Both the position numbers and the translations under genes were made by a program. 64,000 nt of DNA from Ascidiella aspersa. Taxonomy: Eukaryota. Each line of letters starts with the position of its first letter. Within the stretch, counting starts at the first letter, position 1. Shown here in pieces: positions 11,953 to 24,700 of the stretch. The stretch is from contig OZ004612.1 of assembly GCA_963924565.1 (NCBI GenBank), positions 8,742,001-8,806,000 on the forward strand. The letters are read 5' to 3'. Under the pieces are notes generated by a model that saw only the letters and a list, made by a program, of their open reading frames with translations, was not told the DNA's origin and ran no database searches.

Positions 11953-14900
11953 ATGCTGACGATGAATCCAACAAAGATTGCAATTGGATGTTTGGCCGGA
12001 GCAGTTCTACTGTTTGGCGTTATTGCTCTGTCGACCACTCATTGGATGGAGGTATGTTTTGTTGATTGTATTGACCAGTCAGTTAAGACTTCCACGCCAG
12101 TACAAAACTGCCAAAGATTCCAGGCAAATAAATGAATTAGCTCTTTCTACCGGTATGTTAGCCAATTGGGCAATGTATCAAAACTTCAACAGGCATAACT
12201 CAAAGTTAAAACACGTGCCTATATAGGATTTTATCAACAACCGGCTTCCATTTTCAAAGCCCAGTTAAGAAGTTTTAAGTTCATCCAGTAAAATGCTCTC
12301 GGCTAATTTGCAGATTAACGTCTAAAAATTCTAAACGCATGAGGTTTAACTGCACCCTGTGGGCATACATCGCGCGATGTTTTATTTGAAAACTTAGAGT
12401 TGGTGAGAAAGCCCACATTTAAGGAATCACATATATTGCGCAGTGTTTTACGCCTAGTTCGGTAACATATTTGTGGCATTCGAAGAAGCACAATATTATG
12501 TTTGAAGGAAAGGTAACTGTTCCAACGCAAGTGTAAGGTATTAAATGGATATGAAAACGTGTTGTGTATAGTTTTACTTTTACCAAGGTTTCATTTTTTA
12601 CCGAAAAATTTTTTAACTTTTTTTTGCATCCATTGGTCCTGAATTTGCTTAAGTTAAGAGCTCCGTGTCACATCTGCTAGACTTTCCTTGTTTTTTGCGC
12701 TGCCTGTAAGTGTTTGCCAGATCGATTTTTTTGGTAATGCGATGCTTTTCAAATTAAACAACTCGCGTATCTTTCCTTGCCGGGCGTCAGCAGTTAGATA
12801 TACCCATCAGCCTTAAAATATTTGCATTTAAAACATGCAGTTCTTTCTGGCGTTTTTGTCCTTTATTTTGATTGTCTTTCGCGTTTGCCCAGGGCTGCTT
12901 CGAGCTCCACAATTTCCTGAACCTTCATATCAACGCCAGCACGTACTTTGTGCCAGATAATGACTCGGTGCTTGCGGTGAGCGCGTACAGAGTGGTGGTG
13001 GATCGGATCAAGAGTGACCCCAACGGCAGCATCTGTTTTGCGTCCGGCCTTTTTCACTATAGTATCGTGGACAGCCGACTGGAGGCCACAATGCCACGTA
13101 TGTACAGCTATTTTTTTGGATTCAATGAAACTACAAAACCCCTTTTTTTATTTTGGGTAAAGTCGACGATTTACTCTGTTCTAAAAGTTCTAGAACTATT
13201 GTCAATTCATCATGTCACCATCAGAATATGCCACTAATATATATGGCATGAGAAATTGCTAAAATTCCTTTCAATTTGCTTAACCTGGAAAATAAGCTAA
13301 CGTCGCAAATGATATTTCGTCGAAACTGTAAAAGTCATTTCGGAAGCGAACCTAATATGTAATTTTTTCGTATTTTTCTAGTGACATGTCTTCCTTTTAT
13401 AAGCTAAAATATCATTGGTTTTTTCTATTGTTTTACAGACCGAAAAATCAGAGGAATTTAAAATGTCGTTCTTTCATTGATAGGTTAAAAAACATATTAA
13501 AACAAATGTAGTCCAACACCTTAAGGATATAAACTGTTTACCAGGCAGACTGCACTTTAAGCCGTGTAATTTAAGTGTTACACTATCAATGAGAAAAAAG
13601 GATCAAAATAAATATAAGCGATTTCTCAAAATCACCTCTTTCGTGCCTTGTTGTCAGTGTCTTTTTTGCCTTAGGCCTAAGCCGGTCACACAGGCTGTAC
13701 GTAATTTTCTGTACTTACACTACCACTGCGCAGTTTTGGATTGATGTAGGCCTTCTTGAAATTGACTTGCAAACGTATTATGTTACAGCAATTAACAGTG
13801 ACTTTAAAAATAGTACCTGTAAAGTAAATTGAAACAACTCAACTATCCGGGTTGACTTATAGGACGTGAGGTTAATTTGACAATCAAATGGTACACAAAT
13901 ATATATAATAAGGTCGATTTTTTTCGTAATTAAATTATCCTCAACTTATTCAACTTCCATAGATTTGAGTTGTTCGTTCGGAGTCTGAGGTTTCCTTAGA
14001 CGTATAACATAGGAAGACCAGAAGACTTAGAGAATTATAGGCAATATTGTTGTTCGTTTCAAAACACTCGTTATTCATTTCCAATGTCATGTGAGGGGGT
14101 AGTTTTAAAATGTCGTAATATTCACAGAGTTTCTAATCTCGAAACTTCACAGGGTCATTGTCTTCGACAGAAGCCTGGTGTTGACCCTGAATGTTCACAA
14201 TAAAACGTGTATTGTAAATTTGCAATCAGGGTGCAGAAGGGCCAAACGTTTATCGTGTCGTTTGGAAAACGTGCCTGAAAGCAGTCGAGGTGTGAATAGC
14301 CTACATACGCAATTACGTACGTAATTTCATCAAGGCGTTCACAAGCAAAGCAAGTAGGCCTACAAAACAAGTTTTGTGTCACCCACTATAAACTTGAAAC
14401 CTCACTGCCACCTTGCTATTCGTGAGGGTTTGTAACGCTTATGGTTTAAACGTGCAACAGCGCAGACGCCCTCTTCAGGCCTAAAAGGGTTAGTTAAAAA
14501 CTAAAATGCGGTCAAAAACATATTGTGCTGAAAAATATTTAAATTTGTTTTGATGACATTTTCCAGTGTTGTAAACAAGTCGTTTTGAATCACTTACCCT
14601 AAATTCAAATCAATTGTTTTTGCGAAAACTAACAAGACAGCACATGTCAAAGTCTTCAGCTGCCCAAATCAAGTCTCAGTCAGTCATTATTAAAGCTATA
14701 GTCGACAAGTCCTTGTCATAAAAATGAAAGTTAAACTATTAAATTTGTAGATTTGAAAGATGATGAGCAATAAACGAACTAAACCATAAAAATCGCAACA
14801 TATAGCTAGCAAATCGTTTTATTATGCACAAAAACTTGGAATAAATACATAAACTTAAATGCTATCAAAAACACATCGTTTTACCTAAGGCACTTGTACA

Positions 14901-17900
14901 AAAGACTTCATCAAATCAAGTATTTAAAAAAACAGTAACTGAAGTACATTTAACACAAGTCATTGAGTTAATTCAATACAACACTTCATGATATTTATGT
15001 TTCTTGTGATATCATGAGAATTAATTAAAGTCGCCATGAGAATTAGTGCAATTTTAAACTTGACAGACACAAAATTATAAGTATTTTGGATCGTGTTTTT
15101 AAAACTTCCTACTATAATAATCAAATTTTAATTGAAAACACATATCCGAAAATAAAACATTTGGCACTATTTGATCGCAAGTAACTCGAAAAAACTACTT
15201 TGGCCACTTTTAAAACGTAGGTGAAGTAAACATGTGGTATTAAAGGTATAAATGTTTAATAATCATTGCAAATTACTGATCGTATGAACATTAAAAAGAA
15301 ACAGTGACTTAAGTGAACTTAAGCCAATTCACAGTAATTGACTCAAGTCTTTACAACCGTGTGTTTTTGTGCACAGTAAAGTTTTGTTCAAATTTTTACA
15401 GACTCGGCGGTGACGACAGCACGAGAAGGCACGGCTGCCTGTGTGATAGTCGGTTTGATCATCCAACTGGCCGGCGCCTTGGTAGTCCTCGTCGGCAATC
15501 ATGAGGACGCCGCAGGATCGCGGGGTCGCAAAATGTTTATCGGCGGCACGGTCGTTCTGGTTGCCAGCTGTAAGTGACATTTCAGTGTTGTTGATAAGTT
15601 ACTTTCAAATGACTTAAGTCCCAGTCAAGTCGTTTGTAAAACAACTTAAGTCCAAGTTAAAACATTTTTAAAAGCACTTAAGTCCCAGTCAAGTCATTAT
15701 TAGAGCAAGGAAATTTCAAGTGCAGTTCTTGTCATGAAAATCAAACGTATTCAAATTGGTAAATTAGTCCTAATATTAGGAACAAAACCGTTTACTAAAA
15801 AATAACAAACCCAATATATCGCAAGCAAAATGTTTTACCTGCAAAAAGTAAAGTCAAGAATTTTGTTCAAAAGACTTCAGTCAAGTCTAGTCATTTGAAA
15901 ACCGTGATTTAAGTGCAATTATAGTTTAAATCATTGTTAACAACGTGACCTTTACCTTATTATGAAGGCGCCAGGCTTAGTGACGAGGCAGGCTACATGC
16001 GGTCACGTTTTAGCCGGTTTTGCTTTCGCCCTACACCGTTTCTAGCGGTAAGACGACTTTTTAATTGCCGGGAGGCCGATCTGTGCCAACTGGTCGTCAT
16101 GTGTGTGTGTGTGCGCGCGACTGTTGCATCAAACGAACAGGTTTGTGTGTGTGCTTGGGAGACAAGTGGTGCGTTTGTTTTACATCACTTTTCATGACAG
16201 GTTTGCTTTGGGCTTGTACATGACTTAGGTGCCGTTTTCTTAATTCCTGTATGTTAAATACATCAGACCACGAGTAAAGTTGATCACATTGCAAGATAAT
16301 TGCTTTTGAATGAGTTATACAGTCTGCTATTGCGTTTTGTGGACCTTCGTAACTTTCAGGCCGATTCAAAGTCAGAATCTATCACACAATGTTTTCTTCC
16401 AGCCGCGTAACTGTGGAAAAATATTGCACTCCCTTTTCTATTGAAACTTCTGAGAAAATTCTTGATTTACGATCTATTGTTGGCACATTGATCCTGAAAA
16501 CAGCTTGCCAATAAAAGTTGATAGACCCACCAAAAATACAAACTTGCTATCCACAGTCACTCCTATCTGTGAAAGTGATATTTGTTATCGCAAAGTATTA
16601 ACACGCCTTACTTTTCTTGACACTTTTTTCGCGGGGTTAAACCGTTCGGTTTTTTGTGTTCACCACGGAATATGACATCTGTGCAACGTTTGCGTTACTC
16701 GCCTACGGTATTTTTTTTTTCAAACCAAACTTCCAGGCTAAGCTTAAAATTAACAATCATGCAAGCTGTGTATTTGTCCAGACCGAGACAAATTGTTCGT
16801 ATAACGAAACGACACAAACGGGGGACAAGCGTGCAAGTCCTTACTTTGTAAAAAGGGAAACATTTCGTCCAGGTTCAACTCGACTGCGTAACGAGTCGTG
16901 CTAAGTTTTACTCGTCGTGTGCTCGCTTAACTTTTAGAATTTTTGGGGGATTTTTAAGCGTGATAAACTCACTGACACGAAGAATTATCAATCGATTCCG
17001 AGAACAAAATTAATCATTTCAGGTGAAGTCCGCTTGGTTTGCAGTTTCTTCACTTCGTTTGTCGACCAGAGGTATGCCCGACTCACCTTAAATGGGAACT
17101 TGGCTACTTTTATGATTTAAAGCATTTCGAAACTTATCTTTAACAGAAAATATAAACTGACAGCTTAATGTCTCTGTATTTTTTTATCGGTTTTGCCGTG
17201 ACAAATTAGTAAAAAGGTACCCTAATACTGGTATGGGTGGTTTCAAATGACTTAGACTGGAACTTGATTTTTTTTGCAAACTTGGATTTATTTTGCAAAC
17301 GACTTGACTGGGACATTTTAAAATAAATTGTTTACAATACTGTTTTCTAACATGTATACGAGTATTTCGCAAATATTTTACATACAAAACTATATCAGGC
17401 CCAGGCACGGCGCTACTAGGACGATTCCCAGTTCAGGTATACTAAATAGTACCGACTTAATCTATTAAGTGAAAACTCTCTGGTTGGCAGGTTGTTATTC
17501 GGGACTGGGTTCGAATCCCAGTGCCACCTGATTGCCACACAAAAAATACCTTACCTATAACTCACATTAAAAATATCTAATCTATAAATCTTGTAACACG
17601 TAAAAAATACCTATACTATAACTATTGTTGTTTATAGCGCTGATGTTGCTTGTGGGTGGGATGATTTACAGCGTGGCGTTTACAGAGGCCACCAACGGTC
17701 GGGCAATGATCTTCTTCGATCAGTTTCGCGACGGTCTTGTGGAATTCGGCACGCGAACCAAGCGAGCCATCGACGTCGCATCCAAGGCACAGTTCGCCAA
17801 GGAGATCACGGTGTTAGAAAAAAGTATAATTGAGATAGAAGAACGTGCACAGGCCGACTTTCGCGCCTCCTTCTACATGGCCTGGATCTCTTTTATCGCC

Positions 17901-17981
17901 TCATTCGTCAACTCCTGTCTGACGATGGGCGTGGCCTTGCAGGGCAAGCGCGAGGACCCCACCCACCTCGTGCTCACGTGA
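11953..17981 (+). CDS. PMP22/EMP/claudin-superfamily four-TM protein
   Basis: Exons 11953-12051, 12893-13097, 15402-15569 and 17638-17981 splice in frame. TM1 (IAIGCLAGAVLLFGVIAL) is followed by STTHW; ECL1 contains SGLF; TM2 and TM3 are present; TM4 is preceded by the family-typical SFYMAW. TGA ends at 17981. Confidence 0.82.
14564..14985. mobile_element. AAGTC-rich MITE copy (degraded)
   Basis: Starts CAGTGTTGTAAACAAGTC and shares internal sequence with 15583-15947 and 9049-9187. End coordinate is approximate. Confidence 0.5.
15583..15947. mobile_element. AAGTC-rich MITE copy, 13 nt downstream of a splice donor
   Basis: Starts CAGTGTTG, has repeated ACTTAAGTC/CAAGTC motifs, and ends aacaacgtg. 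Confidence 0.55.
17503..17530 (+). other. Isolated tRNA-like T-arm / Pol III B-box (SINE fragment)
   Basis: CTGGG-TTCGAAT-CCCAG is a perfect T-stem-loop, but there is no convincing D or anticodon arm upstream. Confidence 0.35.
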
Positions 17982-18339
17982 TTCGCTCGTCTTTAAGCCA
18001 TTTTAAGTGGCAGGAAACTTTCTTTTGTCGTGTGAAACTGTCCGCTTCTATTTTGTCTCTTAAAGCCCACGGGTGTATTTCTGCCCTGCAAAAATTCCTA
18101 TTCCCTACGTTTTGACTTTCAAAAGTTGTGTATTATCGCCCAAAAAATACACTTGTTGACATTATTCTGTTCTTAAAACTCCCGACCTCCTATTTTTTTA
18201 CTTTAAAACGATCGTTTTTTTGCCCTAAAAATACACATCTTGACATTATTCTGTCCTTAAAACTTCCGCCCCCCTTTTTCAGCCTCTTAATAACTCTGTT
18301 CCCCAATTTTGGACTTTGAAAGGGTCGTTTCTTTATTAT

Positions 18340-19630
18340 GCCCTGATCGCGACGTAACTAAAAGAAAGCTCGACCTTTTCGAAATAAAATGGCCGTCTTA
18401 ACGAAGTCCTATATTGCATTCCAAACATGATCCATGCACTGCTAAATCCTGCTTTTGCGGATTTTAAATGTTAAGATTGAGTTTCATGTCACTAAACAGG
18501 TATTATTAAAGTTACATATTTTGTAGAGACGATTCGAAAATCGGTACTAAACATTAAGTATGTTCAAAAAGCGCTTTAAGATGTTAGAATTATATTTTAC
18601 TGCTAAGTCGTCATTAACATAAGGTAGACTTGTTTGAAATGATGCCGGTGTATAAGGTCAATCATATTCTCACCTTTCGTATGGAAATTTTACCAACAAT
18701 ATTTTCTGCAATGCAGACATGGCGAATCTGTTTTCTTTTTTCCTAAAGTTAATATTTACTACACTTTTCAGGCCAACTTTTTAGATTCTCCTGTTTTCCC
18801 AGCTACTGTTTTACTTTTGTCGCAATAACTACTGTAAAAGTATTTAAGAAGCAGACAGAGTAAACACGAAACCTTATCGAAATGTTGACAACAAAAGGCA
18901 CAGTCCATGGGAAATTTATTGTTGCACTTTGGAAGTTTTATCTAAATCCCAATGAAAGTATTACTTGGTAAACGGCATTGTTAGACGTAATTTTATTGTT
19001 ATCCATGGTTGTAACACGCATTTCCCGTTATAAATTGTAAATAATATAATTTTGTGTAATCATAAATACATTTGTGTAAACATCGGATATAATTATGGAT
19101 TAGCCTAATAAAAACTTTCAATATGAGTATAGGCTACATTTAACAGATCATACATTTTTCAGTTTATGTTTGTCTACTGCTGAAATGTCTCAACTGCATT
19201 ATTTTTAAAACATTGGTTTTCACGGCAATTATTTTATAAAACTTTTGTCAAAAATTGTAGAATATACTGACCGACACAATATGAATTTACCCGTCGAATT
19301 ATGTTTACAAAAGCCTACTGCAGGCCAACGTTTACGTTGTTGTACGCAGTTGACAATACAGTTTAAATCAGCGTTGGTTTTAAAATAAATAAAACATTTT
19401 GAAAATGATCACTAGAAAGATTGTAAAAATGACACGGTATAATTAACTTTTAAACAGCAAAAAGGCGCGAAAAAAAAACGGTTTTGTGTTTCATACAAGC
19501 TTTGACAACAATCAGCAACTTCAATTTTCCATCTCGGATTGTTGGTGTGCAAAATTATCTTTCGTGCTAACCATCTTGGGCTTCCGGCAGTATTTCCGTT
19601 TGCGCATAACATTCTCCCAACATTTTATAA
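18340..19630 (-). pseudogene. Relic A of the NTase-TPR gene family (3' flank plus TPR C-terminal fragment)
   Basis: 19481-19570 encodes ARKIILHTNNPRWKIEVADCCQSLYETQN, nearly identical to the end of the 1062-aa protein. 18490-19440 is homologous to the gene's 3' flank at 37981-38960. Truncated at the MITE that starts at 19633. Confidence 0.85.
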
Positions 19631-19632
19631 AA

Positions 19633-20588
19633 CAGTGGTTCTCAAACTGGGGTTGCGGTCCTTTTGGAGTCCGCTAGACAATTTTCTGGGACCGCGAACC
19701 ACCTAGCAAAACATCAACACAACCCTCGTGAAGAAGACATTTTTTTTGTGCAATAAAATTTTGCCGCACATAGGCCTAAATGTGGGACAAAAGAAAGAAA
19801 GCCAGATTCGGGTCGACCTATACGCACAAAGTGACATTAGCCACGAATTGCTGTTCAGTCACGTAATTCCGTGCTTCGAGTTGAATTGCGCATTTTGCTG
19901 TCATTAGTGTTTAGTTGTGCTAATGCAGTGGTCGGCAAACTGTGGGCCGCAGAGCCATTTTTAGTGGGCTGCGAGTTACTTTTAAATAGCTTAGTGTTCA
20001 CATGTAGTTATGGCCCGCATGATGGCCGTACAGTCATTGCACTTTATTTTAAAAGTTTGTGTGGCTAAGAATTTTTATATTGTCTCAGCGTGGTTTTGAC
20101 CCACGTGCCAAATATGGTCCTGAGAGCCTGCCGAACTATATATTTGCCAACTTTAATTCTTTGTAAACGCAAATTTTTTCTATATTCTTCTTTTGTAGTA
20201 TGTTTTCTAGGCGCCGTAATAATTCACCTTAAAATAAAATATCCTGAATCCGCCACTGTTTTTGTACTGATTTTTCATAGTGGGCCTTCCATAGCACTGA
20301 AAGCGTGCTTTGGGCCGCGACCAAAAAAGTTTGCCGACCACTGTGCTAATGAGAATCACGTTTTACAGCTTGCTACGCTGCCACTGTGGGCTGTACGTTA
20401 ACGGTTTTAAAACTGTTCGTGGAACATTGCTGCTACTGCTAGCAAAGAAGCAAGTGCAACCGAACAGTTGATAGTATTAAAAACAACTTGTTATTTTGTG
20501 TATAATTTTAAAGGGACAGTGAGCAATTAAAAAAATTGCTAGGGGACCGTTGCGTAATTTTTTTATATAAAAAGTTTGAGAACCACTG
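19633..20588. mobile_element. hAT MITE (CAGTGGTTCTCAAAC family) containing a nested MITE
   Basis: TIRs as in 4578-5080. The flanks (ttataaaa / ggttagaa) do not form a TSD, which suggests an adjacent deletion. Confidence 0.88.
19926..20343. mobile_element. Nested hAT MITE
   Basis: TIRs CAGTGGTCGGCAAAC / GTTTGCCGACCACTG with 8-bp TSD TGCTAATG. The paralogous element has a single empty site at about 30772-30779. Confidence 0.93.
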
Positions 20589-21708
20589 GGTTAGAAGGTT
20601 AAGAAAAGGAGTAAGAAAGTAGTGCTTGAATGTAGAGCTAGTAGAATGACCACACTGTTTGACAGAACACGGTTCAGAAATAAACAAATTAGTAAAAGTT
20701 TTACCTTTTAGCTTTCAGTATCAACCGAGACTGCCAAACCGAAGATTTGTAAACGTACACCTGCTTTAAAGGTACAAGTTCGAAACGATGATCACAATAT
20801 ATACGAGGTAAAGCGTTATGTTACGTTTGTGACCGCGCAAAAACAATTAATTTGCAAAACAAGTATACGTCAACCCTAAGATACTTAGGTATTGAACGCC
20901 TTTGTCAAAATAACAATAAACAAATGAAACCATTAGATAATACAAAGAGCAACTGATAGCTTTGCTAATAGATACTTGTAGCTGGTGAATCGTCAGCCGT
21001 TGACAGGATATGTCGTCTATTAGGTTCCGTTCATGCAAAGCTCTATGCTAGGTGTTATGAGCAATTTTGACGTTTAACATTGTTTTGAAACGTAGGACTA
21101 GCTATTGATTATAATAGACTAACAAATGCTTGCGCAGTAACGAAAATTTAACAGCAGACTTTAGAGACGGGTATAGAAAGGTGTATGGTGTTAGGAAGTC
21201 TATTTTATTGCTATAACAGCAGGTACATCTGCGTGTTTCCAACAAGTCTGTGAGGATGAGCTACAATACCCAACAAGTTCTACAAATCTACACACGATAA
21301 GTAGGACGTTAATTTTTCGTCAGATTAAGTGACAAAGTGTTTCAATAAAAAACAAGCGTCAGAACTTAGAAATAGTTGCTTTGCGAAGTAGTGAACTAAA
21401 TTTTAGGACCTCCAGTAAAAAAATGTTGCTTGGCGTTGCACGTATTTATTGGGTATTCGTAAATCTTGAGCAAACCACTAAGATAGACAAGGAAGTCGTT
21501 CGCTAGAGTCGTTTTTACGCTTTCACTCTTTGCATATACCAAAAAGCAGTTTATGAGTTTTCTATAAACTTAGTGGACAGGATAAAAGGTAATAGCAACT
21601 TTAGAATTATTGGCGAACTCGCAAAGATTAATATATTTTCTATATAACCTTGTTTTTGCAGTGAATAACTTATTTGGTAACTGTGCATTCGAGTTAAAGA
21701 GGTAAGAA

Positions 21709-24700
21709 ATGGCTTGCAACATAATACAATCGGTACAGTGCTCCCTGGACAAAAATACTTGCGAAATCGCTTGGCAAGACGGGCACATTAGCAGGTATTT
21801 GGGAAATTCTTTATTAAATTCGTTGGGTGTTAATAGTTCCCGATTATAAATGGTTGTGGTGGTTCTTTATTGATGTTCCAGACGTAGCAAGTGATCCGAA
21901 GAAACATTTTTGTTCTAACAATTTTACAAAAAAGGCTCACAGAGGAACCAGAAAATGCCCGTTTTTGAAATGTTAAAAGTTGAGCAATTTTGCCGATTTA
22001 CTTAGAAGGAGTGTGTAAAGAGGACTTAAAAAAGTTTTGAATTTTTTTTAGCTGTTCGAAAACAACTCGAAGTGTACTAAAATGCACAACTTCGCTTGTA
22101 GCGATAGATCAAAGTCCAACATCATCTTAAATTGCAATGGTAACTAAACATTTTCGGCTTGCGGCATCCTCAATGAAGCAGGACCCTACAATGTCACAAT
22201 AAACGCAATTAAAACAACCAGCATCAAATACATTTATCCAAAGTCCAGTGTGAAATTGGACACAGACGTTTTAGCAGCATTTAGAAAAACAACTTAATAT
22301 AGTGGCACACAGGCCTAAGATTTTATTGTTTTCAAGCCCCCAAAAATGCCACGATTAGGAAAAATCTATAACGGTTGCACGCGAAAATGGCTGCGCTTCA
22401 ATTACAGATTCCACGCGAAATGGCTGCGCTTCAATTGTTTTTGTGAAATGTGCAAGGCGCCGACAGTTGGTGTTTACAGAATAGACATTGCTGCATTTCC
22501 GGATGAATTATTGTTGAAATATGCTGTTACAAAGGACAATGGTAAATACAACTCATGCAAATCAACTGTTATACATTTTTGTCGGGTATTCCCGAACAAG
22601 TTCATTAAATTATTAAGGAAGGTTTTAACGTATCAAGTTTTAAAATTTAGGTTATTCATCTCGATACGTACGAAAACACTTTAGTTAATCATGGTGTCAA
22701 CTGCCAAGCAGTATGAAAGTTGTGCAATGTTAGTAATTAGAATACAATAAACTTCACGTTGTTTACAAGTGCGTTATGTTCTACTTTCTGCAAACTTGAT
22801 GTTTCGCTTGAAAGTTATAAAAAACAATTAGATTTTTTTAACAACGAGGGCTTGTTCGAAAGTTTTCCTTGAACATCTTTTTTACCATCTGACGTTTTTA
22901 AATAGGACCTTAAATATCTTACGTTGAAAACTTCCAACCCTATAATATTTCAAACGCCGAATAGTTTTAAACTTTTCACAAATTGTTGTTTTCTATTTTT
23001 TTAAGGTTTTGCACTTCAAACAACTTATGACGGAGATTTAATTTCCTCTCATTCGGCTTACCACCGATCCGAGTGGCTTCGCTCCAAATGCTACTGCAAG
23101 AAATGCTTGGATCGCAAAATAAGTCGTGCTGACGTCATTACACACTACGTCACCGACGGGAAACGAGACAGAATTCCGCGTAGGGTGGAATTTGAGGAAC
23201 TGAACACAGACAAGGGTCTATTTAAGTGCGTTAGTTGTCACTTCGACGTTAAATAAAATACCGTCGGCAAATAAAAGCTATAACTTGACATGCATTGATC
23301 AATTTGCTGCTAGCTGTTTGTTAAAGTTAAAATAGTTTTACAGAAACTATGTTCTGCTGGACGAGCATGACGTATTATTCAATATTTTCGTCATGTTTCT
23401 CCTGTAATAATGTAAAATCAATTTCTGTCAAATAATGCATGTGAATATTTAATTGTTTGATGATCAAGAGCAAAATTGAGCAACGTAATTCGTAATTGTG
23501 TTATTTTATATAAATATAACTAAGGTAGAAAAGCAACGCAAACTTTAGTCTTCGCATCCGACTATTATATACTTTTTGAATTTTCAGATTAAAAACAAAC
23601 AATATATGAATATATAAAACTGCTTATTTTAATTTTTCAGAATGGTAAAGAACGTCGTTGAAACAGGACTTTGTCTCGTTAAAAATGTCCCAACACAGAA
23701 TAAAATGGTTTTAAAGGTGAGTCTCAGTAGAAAAGAATCATTATGGTAGATAATAATTGCCTATTTAAACCGACCAAGGTCAAACTGAAACCTGTCGATT
23801 GAACAACCAGACCTGTTTTGGAATCTTTATTTGTTATTTTGCAGATAGCTGGAATGGTTGGACACATCGAATCGTCAACATACGGCGTGGTAGGTACCAA
23901 TCTTTAAGATATTTTAGAAATTCACAACTTTTAAAATCTAGAGTAACTGCAGATGCACTGAGTTCGACGTTATTTACACGAAACAGATCAGATATTGTTA
24001 GTGAAACCAAAACACAGTTCCAAGTGTGCTTTTTTTTTGTATGGACGAAAAATTGTAAAAAGGCATTTTTTATAAAAATTGATTTATGTTATAGTTTTGT
24101 CAGAAGTATCTCAGCAGGTCAGTTTTACGTGAAAATTAGCGCAAGAATTTGTTAACTGATAAAATTGCCTTTCAGATATTGGACGTTTTTGCGAAGGATT
24201 CCGATTCGGACAATGTTGCTTGCACGGCACTAAAGTTGCCTCTGCACCAAGATCAGATAAATTACGAGACCGCCCCGGGAATCCAAATGTTGCATGCAGT
24301 TGCGTAAGTAACATGAGCATAAAATTCACCAGTCTGCAAGTCCGCAACTTAATTCAGGTGTTTTTCTATTTGTTATTATCGGTCTACATTTCACACAACA
24401 CAATTCACATACCGACCTGAAGATCTGAACAGAAATTAGTTTAAGCGGATGATATTGCTATTTATTCAAGTATAAGAAGTACGTAAATAAGTAGTTGTGA
24501 CATGAACCAAGGCTTAACTGAGAGGAGGATTTTTTACCTACCTCCAGAGAGTCTATATTTACAGTAGAAAGTATACTTGGAAAGCATAAAAACAACTTTT
24601 CTAACCACGCCATTTTCCCGTCTAATCTGGGTATTCCTATTGCCTTCTGTGAAAGTTTTAGAACAGTGAACTCGATTTGTTTATCCTCGGCGTATAGTTT

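Noticed and set aside
15960-17100. Possible transposase relic in the tetraspan intron (ORF 16097-16369)
   Set aside because: No recognisable motif, TIR or TSD could be supported by eye.
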